Virus record (IMG/VR): IMGVR_UViG_3300031847_000001
Source of the DNA: an uncultured virus (IMG/VR IMGVR_UViG_3300031847_000001)
Lineage: Duplodnaviria; Heunggongvirae; Uroviricota; Caudoviricetes
DNA: 20,000 bases
Strand: one strand, 5' to 3'
Each line of letters begins with the position of its first letter. The stretch's first letter is position 1. This document shows positions 1 through 6,958 of the stretch, piece after piece. The notes beneath the pieces are model-generated. The model saw only the letters and a list, made by a program, of their open reading frames with translations. It was not told the origin of the DNA and did not search any database. The position numbers and the translations under genes were made by a program.

Positions 1-119
1 GTGCGCAGCGCCTGGGTGATCATCAGTTCAAAGCCGCGCGCTTTGACGGCCGCCATCAATTTGACGATCAGCGCGGCGAAATCAGGTTGCAGTTGTTTCA
101 ATTTCTCTTCGTCGGTCAC
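1..119 (-). CDS. Partial (5' end) M15-family metallopeptidase / endolysin-like protein
   Basis: Not in the ORF track. GTG at 119 after GGAG and directly after the upstream TAA. Reads MTDEEKLKQLQPDFAALIVKLMAAVKARGFELMITQALRT, resembling the N-terminus of M15 peptidases (L-x-P...G-x-x-L-x-I-T-Q-x-L-R-T). Runs off the window, so catalytic residues are not seen. Confidence 0.65.
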   Translation of the reverse strand, partial: MTDEEKLKQLQPDFAALIVKLMAAVKARGFELMITQALR

Positions 120-120
120 C

Positions 121-549
121 TTATCTCTCCTCTCTGGCAATGGTCTTTAATGCGGCCCGGCAGATATGCAGGCAGAACGCCTCCGTCTTGAGAAACACCC
201 AATGCCAAGGCGTCTCATTGATATAGCGGTCGGCAAATTCCTGGCCTAAACCCTTCTTGATCATTTCGTGTTTTACCTTCCAAGCTGCAGCAATGTCGGT
301 TGAGTAGTCAGGGACAGAGGTTTCCTCGTCGTATAGGCCATCAATGGGCATGGTGACTATGCCATCCCACAGCATAAATGCCGGGTTCGCAGTGCGGTAA
401 ACATCAGGTTCGCAAAGCCACCTCCGCCATGGTAATCCAGGCTTAGAGCTATCGCGGCTGGCTATCCACTTCCAGCCCATCACCTTCTCGGCTATCAAGG
501 CATCCATTTCGCGCCCGGCCTCCATTCCGTCAATTTCTTCGTCGCTCAA
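121..549 (-). CDS. Phage ABA-sandwich domain (BC1872-like) protein
   Basis: Motifs GREMDALIAEKVMGW and PDYSTDIAAAWKV, ICRAAL. AAGGAG RBS upstream of a TTG start. Confidence 0.8.
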   Translation of the reverse strand: MSDEEIDGMEAGREMDALIAEKVMGWKWIASRDSSKPGLPWRRWLCEPDVYRTANPAFMLWDGIVTMPIDGLYDEETSVPDYSTDIAAAWKVKHEMIKKGLGQEFADRYINETPWHWVFLKTEAFCLHICRAALKTIAREER

Positions 550-572
550 TTGGATCTCCTTTTATAGAGAAG

Positions 573-602
573 CGGGGCGTCGGGCTCTCCATCCCACGCC
601 CC
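573..602 (-). other. GC-rich stem-loop (possible terminator or processing hairpin)
   Basis: Minus strand GGGGCGTGGG-ATGGAGAG-CCCGACGCCCC. The U tail is weak. Confidence 0.4.
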
Positions 603-680
603 ACTTCAAATACCCGACACGAAGACGTCACCCTCACGCAATCCACGTCTCCGCGCCAGGCATTGATAGACCACGAGGGC

Positions 681-830
681 CTACCATCCGATAAGGCCGG
701 ACAGACATCCGACCACGTAAGTCGAATACACGATCGCTCCACCTCCAAGCAGGGAAGCGACCGTAACCAATCTGATCTCCGATTTGTGCTCAGCCGTTGC
801 GGCGATGGCGGTTTTGAATCTCTCAAACAT
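681..830 (-). CDS. Small 49-aa membrane protein
   Basis: Below the ORF-track cutoff. AAGGAG RBS, then ATG; MFERFKTAIAATAEHKSEIRLVTVASLLGGGAIVYSTYVVGCLSGLIGW with a hydrophobic C-terminal half. An extended -10 lies just upstream. Confidence 0.6.
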   Translation of the reverse strand: MFERFKTAIAATAEHKSEIRLVTVASLLGGGAIVYSTYVVGCLSGLIGW

Positions 831-851
831 GGGACAACTCCTTTGTTGTTA

Positions 852-876
852 ATTATAGCAGCGTTTGAGGCTGCAA
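852..876 (-). promoter_or_regulatory. Extended -10 promoter (TGCTATAAT) overlapped by operator-like CCTCAAACGCTG
   Basis: TGnTATAAT at 852-860. The 15-nt TTGCAGCCTCAAACG (862-876) is identical to 15849-15863. Confidence 0.55.
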
Positions 877-1002
877 AGTGAGGCAAATTTTTTAGGGCGT
901 GTTGTTTGGCCGGATGCGCGAACCCCCGCTATCTCACTATTCGTCCATATGGACCCACGCAGAATCCTGCCGCTGGATGTTCTTGGCCACAAGTCTCACA
1001 TT

Positions 1003-1203
1003 TCACCTGGCATCACCTCCTTCCCGTTTCTTCTCACTTGTTACCTCCTCAAGCTGAGCAATGCGGGGCTTTAATTCAGTGTTGGCATTGGCTTCAGCCT
1101 CTTTATCCCATGACCAAAATGGCTTAGATTCCGAACTGCAACCCCTGTCTCTCCAATGGATTCTATTACAACTCGGACAGTGGCCATAAATATCTGCGTA
1201 CAT
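1003..1203 (-). CDS. Hypothetical Zn-binding protein (CPxCxRxH...C)
   Basis: ORF with GAGGTG RBS; GHCPSCNRIHWRDRGC motif. Confidence 0.6.
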   Translation of the reverse strand: MYADIYGHCPSCNRIHWRDRGCSSESKPFWSWDKEAEANANTELKPRIAQLEEVTSEKKREGGDAR

Positions 1204-1209
1204 TTTGTA

Positions 1210-1449
1210 TCACCTCTTTTTCTTTCGTTCCAATTCTTCAACTTCATGCGGCCCGGGGCCATAAAGCCGCCCATTCGGATCAACCATAAGGTCATAGCTG
1301 AATGCCTTATACCCTTCATAGGCGCCGCTAACGCGCATAACGACAAGGCCACTCCGCTTGTCCAGCGAGATCGAAAAAGATTCATAGTTCTCGTCTAGGG
1401 CTTTGAGAAAGCGGCTCCGGATCTCATCAAGGATTTGGTCTTTGCTCAT
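1210..1449 (-). CDS. Hypothetical protein
   Basis: 79-aa ORF with AAGGA RBS; its ATG overlaps an upstream TGA (ATGA). Confidence 0.65.
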   Translation of the reverse strand: MSKDQILDEIRSRFLKALDENYESFSISLDKRSGLVVMRVSGAYEGYKAFSYDLMVDPNGRLYGPGPHEVEELERKKKR

Positions 1450-1598
1450 TTTCCTTGTCTTTTCCTTTCCGCTTCAATTTCTGCCGTGATGTGGGCACAA
1501 TTGCGATGATCGTGATGGAAGCGTTTGCAGTTTGGGCAGACTCCAATCCAAGGCTCGGGTTTATAGTGCTGCCGATTTCTCTTTTGTTCTTCGGTCAG
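1446..1598 (-). CDS. Small Zn-binding ORF with no canonical start (possible CTG start or 5'-truncated remnant)
   Basis: Open frame (L)TEEQKRNRQHYKPEPWIGVCPNCKRFHHDHRNCAHITAEIEAERKRQGK*. The stop overlaps the next ATG, and the motif parallels that of ORF 1003-1203. Confidence 0.45.
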   Translation of the reverse strand: MTEEQKRNRQHYKPEPWIGVCPNCKRFHHDHRNCAHITAEIEAERKRQGK

Positions 1599-1658
1599 TT
1601 TTCGGTGTCGTTGTTCTTGTTGGCGCTCATGGTTTTCTCTCTTTTTCGGCCACCACCA

Positions 1659-2579
1659 TCAACCAGTGCAAACCGCCCCTAAATCGGGGACGTTTGGCTC
1701 GCAGCAACTACCACAACCCCCGCCCGAACAAGCAGGCGAGGTGTTGATCTTTCGGCGACCTGGCTTGCCGGGGTCAACTATCTCTAAAGATGGTCTGAAG
1801 TAGGTACAGGTGGCCGACTGGCAGCCAGCAGCCGGCGAGCAACTACGAGTGGATCCGGTGCGGGGAGGTGGTGGCACGGTGTAGCAAAAGGTTTGAGCCG
1901 ATTTGCCGACAAACGACTTCTTGTAGAATCCAATCTGCGTCTCGCCCTGTGTGGCCTTCTTGATCCGCTCGTTTAACTTCTTCTCTTTCTCCTTGTTCTT
2001 TTCCCAAACGTCGCCCTTTTTATCGAAGTCGAATCCCCGATCCCACGCGCGGCTTTCAAATTCAACGGCGTAGAGTTCGAGAATCCCCTTGTCCCATATC
2101 TTCTGGTCGTATGGCGATGACTTCTTGAAGTGTTTGAAAGCCTCGAAGGCCAAAGGGTTATTAGAGTTAAACGTGATCACTGCGCTTTCTTTCTTGCCAA
2201 TCTTCCTCTCCTCAACGTCGGGGTTGTTCTCGATCTTGAAGACCTCATCTTTGCCGTAGCCAATCCGAAACCTCTTCACCATCTCCTCGCCGTTGTGGAC
2301 GATAGGGAAGTCGAGCGTGAAGGAAAGATACTTAATCTCCTCGTCCGTCTTGTTCGTGACGAAGATTTGCAGATCTCCGATCCAATCATCGCCTGCCTGA
2401 AATGGCACGCCGGATTTGATTTTCTTGCCGTTCAAATAAACCTCGATCTGCAACGGCGATTCAAGAACGGGGTCGTCTTGGATCGTCAGCACTTTTGTTC
2501 CCGCTTGCTCCTGTGCCGATGCCGACAAGCAGAGAAACAGGGTGATTGATGCGATTGTGAATTTCAGGGCTGATTTCAT
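1659..2579 (-). CDS. Secreted protein with Cys-rich C-terminus (moron-like)
   Basis: Sec-type signal peptide MKSALKFTIASITLFLCLSASA|Q, Lys/Glu-rich middle, Cys/Gly/Pro-rich tail, and its own promoter upstream. Confidence 0.8.
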   Translation of the reverse strand: MKSALKFTIASITLFLCLSASAQEQAGTKVLTIQDDPVLESPLQIEVYLNGKKIKSGVPFQAGDDWIGDLQIFVTNKTDEEIKYLSFTLDFPIVHNGEEMVKRFRIGYGKDEVFKIENNPDVEERKIGKKESAVITFNSNNPLAFEAFKHFKKSSPYDQKIWDKGILELYAVEFESRAWDRGFDFDKKGDVWEKNKEKEKKLNERIKKATQGETQIGFYKKSFVGKSAQTFCYTVPPPPRTGSTRSCSPAAGCQSATCTYFRPSLEIVDPGKPGRRKINTSPACSGGGCGSCCEPNVPDLGAVCTG

Positions 2580-2629
2580 CCGGTGTCATGCTCCTTGGTT
2601 AGTGGTTGAGTTTTGCCGAGATCGGCGCG

Positions 2630-2658
2630 AGTATGATCCCGACGTGAATTAGAGTCAA
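2630..2658 (-). promoter_or_regulatory. Sigma70-like promoter for the secreted-protein gene
   Basis: TTGACT-17nt-CATACT, preceded by a GC hairpin at about 2661-2685. Confidence 0.65.
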
Positions 2659-2695
2659 TCGCCCCAGCCTGCGCGCCGGGTGGGGTTATGCGGTG

Positions 2696-2965
2696 TCAGT
2701 CCTTTATCGCTCCAGGCATGCGGACATTGCTAGGTAGCGGATTGTCGGGGTCGTAATTCGGAGTGACAGCGATAGGTGCGCCCTTGTACAAATCCATCAG
2801 TTCGCACCGGATGTCGTCGCCGCCACATGTGCCGCAATACCAAAAGTCTAACACGGCGCACTGCTCCTCCTTCCTCTGATGGCGCTCTAATCGCAACTGC
2901 ATGCGCTCAAGCATCAATCTGGACTTACGGCCCGGCCCGTCAGGTTCATCATTCATTCTGTTCAT
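2696..2965 (-). CDS. Hypothetical protein (CxxC)
   Basis: Strong GAGGAGAGGAAG RBS; 89 aa. Confidence 0.6.
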   Translation of the reverse strand: MNRMNDEPDGPGRKSRLMLERMQLRLERHQRKEEQCAVLDFWYCGTCGGDDIRCELMDLYKGAPIAVTPNYDPDNPLPSNVRMPGAIKD

Positions 2966-2998
2966 CTTCCTCTCCTCTTCGCCCGTGCGGCGGGGCGG

Positions 2999-3562
2999 TT
3001 ATGCGACATCGTACATTGCCGGATTGCTCGGCGTGACTACTGCCCCACGTTGAATCATCAGCGATGGAGCCCATTCTTGCTCAACGAATCTTTCAGCCGC
3101 TTCGCGTGGCCACGGTTCGCCCTTGTCCCAATACGTGCCTTTCGTGGCGAGATAATCAATCAACTCTTCCTTCGTGGCGAACGCGGGCGTTACCGGCGTC
3201 CCTTCGCTGACCGTCTCATAGACGGCGAAGCCTAATTCTGCGCCTTCCGGCCAACGTGGGCGGTAGTACTTAGGGTCAGGTGGTTCGCCATCCCAATCGC
3301 AAAAGGATTGGTATGGTTCATCGAGTTTGTACCCATGCTCTGGATGTTCCTCGATAGCCTTTGCCAGTTCGCCCGCTTTCCATTCCTCGAAGCCTTCCAT
3401 CCAGTCCGCCCATGCCGTTTCGGCGTCCCTGTCGTAAAGCGGCTGATAACACTTGCCGCCGTTGCGTTTCGCATCATCGCATCCACCTGCCCAAGGTGAA
3501 TGCCGGCAATCTCGTCTTGGATGCTCCCAATTCAATGCGACTCTTCTGATTTCTCGTCCCAT
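2999..3562 (-). CDS. Phage hypothetical protein
   Basis: 187 aa with AAGGAG RBS. MGREIRRV...YETVSEGTPVTPAFAT looks like a recurrent phage family of unknown function. Confidence 0.8.
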   Translation of the reverse strand: MGREIRRVALNWEHPRRDCRHSPWAGGCDDAKRNGGKCYQPLYDRDAETAWADWMEGFEEWKAGELAKAIEEHPEHGYKLDEPYQSFCDWDGEPPDPKYYRPRWPEGAELGFAVYETVSEGTPVTPAFATKEELIDYLATKGTYWDKGEPWPREAAERFVEQEWAPSLMIQRGAVVTPSNPAMYDVA

Positions 3563-3598
3563 AATGTTCTCCTTTGGTTGTTATATCACGCAATAGAA

Positions 3599-3772
3599 TC
3601 AACCCTTTGTTGAACTGGCTTTCTTGCGCCGCTTGCCGCCGTGCGCCAGCGGTTCAAGCCCAGCGCATTTGCGGAAGTAGTTTGAGATAGATAGCCCGGC
3701 GTCTTTGGCGAGTCGGGCTATCTGCGCTTTCTCAGCGCGGGATTTGAATGTGATGTGGGTTTGGATGGCCAT
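3599..3772 (-). CDS. Ribbon-helix-helix (CopG/MobC-like) DNA-binding protein
   Basis: QTHITFKSRAEKAQIARLAKDAGLSISNYFR shows a beta-strand followed by a helix-G-x-S-helix pattern. Start reassigned to ATG 3772. Confidence 0.65.
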   Translation of the reverse strand: MAIQTHITFKSRAEKAQIARLAKDAGLSISNYFRKCAGLEPLAHGGKRRKKASSTKG

Positions 3773-3776
3773 AGTA

Positions 3777-4037
3777 TTAGGCGAGGGCCGCGCGAGCAAC
3801 GCAAGCCCTGCAAGTTAAATCTACCGACTTGTCGCACTCGCAGAATCCAGCGCCGTTGCTGTCCTCATACCAATCAAGCATGCCCTGAAGGGCGCTGCGG
3901 GTCGCGGCAAGCCGCTCCTGAATCTCGTTGATTTCTGCGACTGCGGTGGTAAGTTCTCCATGCAGGACGCCTGCATTGGAGAACCATCCGCCCGCCTGGT
4001 ATTCGTTGTTCCTGTCGCGCAATAACTTGATGCTCAT
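3777..4037 (-). CDS. Hypothetical protein with C-terminal CxC...CxxC
   Basis: 86-aa ORF tightly packed in the operon. Confidence 0.65.
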   Translation of the reverse strand: MSIKLLRDRNNEYQAGGWFSNAGVLHGELTTAVAEINEIQERLAATRSALQGMLDWYEDSNGAGFCECDKSVDLTCRACVARAALA

Positions 4038-4038
4038 T

Positions 4039-4224
4039 TCACTCGCCTCTTATGACTGTCATTTCCCAGCTTTTCTGAGTGACGATGTTCGAGCCGTCGT
4101 GAAATGTAATCTGAATCTCGCCAGCCTTGCCGAACTCCCAAGGCTTAACGCTCGCAACCGTCTTTCGGTATCCGATAATCCAATCGCCAGTTTTGATTTC
4201 CGTAGTGCTGATTCTGATTGTCAT
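4039..4224 (-). CDS. Small beta-rich hypothetical protein
   Basis: GGAGG RBS; first gene after the promoter at 4270-4298. Confidence 0.7.
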   Translation of the reverse strand: MTIRISTTEIKTGDWIIGYRKTVASVKPWEFGKAGEIQITFHDGSNIVTQKSWEMTVIRGE

Positions 4225-4269
4225 AGTTTCCTCCGGTTCGTTTCGTTTTCAATTCCAGCTGACAAGCGC

Positions 4270-4298
4270 ATACTATCAAGTAGGCTACTTGAAGTCAA
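4270..4298 (-). promoter_or_regulatory. Sigma70-like promoter with a perfect palindromic operator as its spacer
   Basis: TTGACT-TCAAGTAGCCTACTTGA-TAGTAT. The 17-nt spacer is an 8-1-8 inverted repeat. Confidence 0.75.
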
Positions 4299-4321
4299 GA
4301 GGAAATTACAGGCAGATGGCG

Positions 4322-4507
4322 TTATTCGGCGGTGGTTGCAGTATGCTCTAATTCCTCCACCTCGCTTATCCAATCGTCAATATCAACCATTGCTCGCTGA
4401 AGCGCCGCGCGTTCATTGGGAAGCATTCCTTTTATCAGACGTTTGCCCTCGTCTTCTTCTTTCTTCAGCGCGGCAATCAGCAGGTTCGTTTCCGTAAAAT
4501 CTGACAT
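4322..4507 (-). CDS. Hypothetical protein
   Basis: AAGGAG RBS before ATG 4507 (MSDFTET). Confidence 0.6.
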   Translation of the reverse strand: MSDFTETNLLIAALKKEEDEGKRLIKGMLPNERAALQRAMVDIDDWISEVEELEHTATTAE

Positions 4508-4519
4508 GTTCTCTCCTTC

Positions 4520-4555
4520 AATAATGCACACTAACGGTTATTAGTGTGCATTATT
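4520..4555. repeat. Perfect 15-bp intergenic inverted repeat
   Basis: AATAATGCACACTAA-cggtta-TTAGTGTGCATTATT. Confidence 0.9.
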
Positions 4556-4574
4556 TCTGACGGGAATAAAGGGG

Positions 4575-4769
4575 TTAAAGCTCCGCTTGTAGCTCAGCGC
4601 CTACGAGTCCAACCGCTAATGCCCCGACCGGAAACCCCGCTTCTTTCACCATTCGCCTTATGTGCTCGGCCAGCTCGTTGCAGCGTTCCTCGTGTTCGGG
4701 CGGTAATTCAGATATTGCGCCCTTGATTGCCAGGATTGTTATTTGCTCTTCAGTCAATTCTTTGCTCAT
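4575..4769 (-). CDS. Hypothetical protein
   Basis: GAGGAG RBS; ATGA overlap with the upstream ORF. Confidence 0.7.
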   Translation of the reverse strand: MSKELTEEQITILAIKGAISELPPEHEERCNELAEHIRRMVKEAGFPVGALAVGLVGAELQAEL

Positions 4770-4927
4770 ATTCTCCTCACCTCTTCAACCGGCTCAATGC
4801 TGAATTCACTTTCTGGATATTTAGCTTCGTTGTGCTTCCATACCTCAATTGCCTCGTCGTACGTCATCGCGAAAGTGGACTCGATGCCGTCCACGATTAA
4901 CACATAAAGCATTTCAGTTTCGTTCAT
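4766..4927 (-). CDS. Small acidic hypothetical protein
   Basis: AAGGAG RBS before ATG 4927 (MNETEML). Confidence 0.6.
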   Translation of the reverse strand: MNETEMLYVLIVDGIESTFAMTYDEAIEVWKHNEAKYPESEFSIEPVEEVRRI

Positions 4928-4934
4928 ATTCTCC

Positions 4935-4977
4935 TTTCCAGCCGCCGCCATGCCCAGTCGCGTGTGCGTGGGGCCAT
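4935..4977 (-). repeat. 43-nt intergenic direct repeat, copy A
   Basis: 41/43 identical to 6460-6502; followed by AAAGGAGAATATGA (RBS plus start). Confidence 0.9.
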
Positions 4978-5420
4978 TACGCCGCCTCCCACAATGTCTT
5001 CTGTACAGTTGGCGCTTTGTCTACTCTCGGCCGACTCGGTTTATTCCACGACCCGCCCCCGGCAAGCCCGACCTCTTTCCACCCCGCAGCTCGCAGAGAC
5101 GCGCCGCCTTCATCCGGCAGTGTGTAGGACACCATTCGCCTATAGCCCAACGCCTTCGCCGCTCGCCACGCCGCAGCCCATAGCTTGCTCGCCGCGTTCG
5201 GGTGTCCTTCAATGACGCAAAGCCGCGTCACTTCCAGCGTCCAGCCGTTATCGAAATGGCGCGACACCGGACGGCCAACGATGGCGACTCCGACGATGTT
5301 TTCACCGTCGTTCACCGCGACACCGAATTTCCATCCCTGACTTGGCGGGTGATGTCGGTGATGCTTGCGAATGAACTCGCATGCCTCGTCCCATTCAATT
5401 GGCTGTAGTTGCAGTGTCAT
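4977..5420 (-). CDS. XF1762-family / Mom-like GNAT-fold DNA-modification protein
   Basis: HHRHH, VGVAIVGRPVSR, TLEVTRLC, SYTLPDEGGASLRAAGW motifs. Start reassigned to ATG 5420, which overlaps the upstream TGA. Confidence 0.8.
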   Translation of the reverse strand: MTLQLQPIEWDEACEFIRKHHRHHPPSQGWKFGVAVNDGENIVGVAIVGRPVSRHFDNGWTLEVTRLCVIEGHPNAASKLWAAAWRAAKALGYRRMVSYTLPDEGGASLRAAGWKEVGLAGGGSWNKPSRPRVDKAPTVQKTLWEAA

Positions 5421-5629
5421 CTTCCCTCGATGATTGCGTCTTCCGTCTCCCATAGCTCGTCGTAAATCTCAAAGTTCGCGTAATACCCGTATGCGAGCCG
5501 AAACTTTTCACATTTTCCTTGAGGCATCGGCGCGCCGTGGCCAAGCCCGTTCAGATTGCACGCGCCGCCTTCGGGATGTTCCTTGCGATAGTCGCCGCAG
5601 TGACAAATATCTTCAGGATGTTCTTTCAC
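5417..5629 (-). CDS. Small Zn-binding hypothetical protein
   Basis: GTG start after GAGGGAG; CHCGD..H...C...C..F motif. Confidence 0.6.
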   Translation of the reverse strand: MKEHPEDICHCGDYRKEHPEGGACNLNGLGHGAPMPQGKCEKFRLAYGYYANFEIYDELWETEDAIIEGR

Positions 5630-5813
5630 CGTCTCCCTCCAAGCGACTGAATGGGTATTGTCGCATCTCAAGACACTTAGCTAAGTGGAGCAACTTTCGG
5701 ATAATCTCTTCATCCTTCTCGACAATTAACGCATCGGCGCTTGATGGAACGCTGAAGTCAATCGCGTTATCGGATGGATTCCAAGTGATTTCGATTAGCT
5801 TTATTTCTTGCAT
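5613..5813 (-). CDS. Hypothetical protein
   Basis: GGAGG RBS preceded by a small hairpin. Confidence 0.6.
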   Translation of the reverse strand: MQEIKLIEITWNPSDNAIDFSVPSSADALIVEKDEEIIRKLLHLAKCLEMRQYPFSRLEGDGERTS

Positions 5814-5848
5814 GATTCATCCTCCCTCGCGCCGCCGGTTAGCGCGGG

Positions 5849-6151
5849 TTAAATAGTCTCACTGAGCTCGCGGATTTCTTCGTAGTCCTTAAACTCCAGG
5901 TCGTCCGTCGCGATCCCGGCCATTTTGTAGTAGTCGCTCGCCTCGTTCAGCAGGTCGCAGATGTCTTCGTTCAGGTAGAACAATGCCTTCTTGCAGTCGT
6001 AATCGGCGCTCAGTGTCTGCGTCCGCTCGTGCAACTCCTGGAGCGCGGCGAGCGCGGTCTTGTCGTCGACCACAAACTTCTTGACTGCTTGAGCGAACTC
6101 GCCCCGTATTCGCGCAGCCTCGTATTGCTTGTCAAATTCTTGGTCTGTCAT
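5849..6151 (-). CDS. Hypothetical protein
   Basis: 100 aa; GGAGGT RBS. Confidence 0.7.
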   Translation of the reverse strand: MTDQEFDKQYEAARIRGEFAQAVKKFVVDDKTALAALQELHERTQTLSADYDCKKALFYLNEDICDLLNEASDYYKMAGIATDDLEFKDYEEIRELSETI

Positions 6152-6203
6152 ATTGTTTTACCTCCGTAAGTAGAGACGGACAACCGTTTGATAATGTGCA
6201 AAA

Positions 6204-6437
6204 TTATTCTCGCTCGCCGCTCGGCTTCCATTTCCTCGCGCATGTCGTACACAGGTGTACATACTTTCTGGCTCTGGAGTTTACGCGCCATCCCATGTCG
6301 TAGATGAATTTCTGCGTTTGTGAGCGTACCGGCATTGTGACCATAGTAAACGCCTTGCACTTGTCGCATTCAATCTCGAATGTCCACGCGCTTGCGATGT
6401 TTGTTCCCAAGTCTTTCAGTTCGTCTTTCAGTATCAT
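6204..6437 (-). CDS. Zn-ribbon protein (CxxC...HLCxxC)
   Basis: IECDKC...GWRV...HLCTTC. Start probably ATG 6437. Confidence 0.65.
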   Translation of the reverse strand: MILKDELKDLGTNIASAWTFEIECDKCKAFTMVTMPVRSQTQKFIYDMGWRVNSRARKYVHLCTTCARKWKPSGERE

Positions 6438-6459
6438 TGGCTCATATTCTCCTTTCGTT

Positions 6460-6502
6460 TTTCCAGCCCCCGCCATGCCCAGTCGCGTTTGCGTGGGGCC
6501 AT
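6460..6502 (-). repeat. 43-nt intergenic direct repeat, copy B
   Basis: 41/43 identical to 4935-4977. Confidence 0.9.
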
Positions 6503-6509
6503 AATGTAT

Positions 6510-6755
6510 CTACGCCCCGTAATACGCCCGCTCTCTCCGCTCTGTCCTTCTGTTCGCTCGACGTAGCGCCTCAGTGCTGCGCTGAAACTGTTCGGGGTCA
6601 ACCCGCGCGAACGTCGCTGCCCGTTTTGTCAGTCGGCCCATTAGCTCAGTCGCCTCTCTTAGCAGTCGCCCCCGTCGTTTCAATTCGGCACAGCCGAGCG
6701 TTGCTTGATACTTCTTGATGTATTCGTGTAGTTCGAGTTCTTCTTGTACGCTCAT
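6510..6755 (-). CDS. Hypothetical protein
   Basis: ATGA overlap with the upstream ORF; RBS present. Confidence 0.65.
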   Translation of the reverse strand: MSVQEELELHEYIKKYQATLGCAELKRRGRLLREATELMGRLTKRAATFARVDPEQFQRSTEALRRANRRTERRERAYYGA

Positions 6756-6958
6756 ATTCCCCTCTCCCCGCTCGCCGCGATTGGCGCGGGTGTTGTGGCG
6801 GGCGGTTGCGGCTCAACAAAGACTTCCTTAGCAATCCAGAGCGCGTTATTGATTTGCTCCTCCAACATTCCCAATTCGGCCTCAGTGAGCGGCGACGGCA
6901 GCACAAGTACACCCTGCCTTCCATTGGGTAGATACAGTGGAAACCGCTCCCTACTCAT
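6752..6958 (-). CDS. Hypothetical protein
   Basis: ATGA-coupled on both sides. Confidence 0.6.
   Translation of the reverse strand: MSRERFPLYLPNGRQGVLVLPSPLTEAELGMLEEQINNALWIAKEVFVEPQPPATTPAPIAASGERGI

Noticed and set aside
1640..1661. Selenocysteine recoding of the TGA after the Cys-rich tail
   Set aside because: No SECIS-like hairpin follows the TGA.
2660..5850. Integron attC-like sites (TAAC followed by a hairpin at about 2688, 2999 and 5849)
   Set aside because: No matching GTTRRRY end or R/L box symmetry, and no integrase in the window. They look like ordinary short intergenic hairpins.
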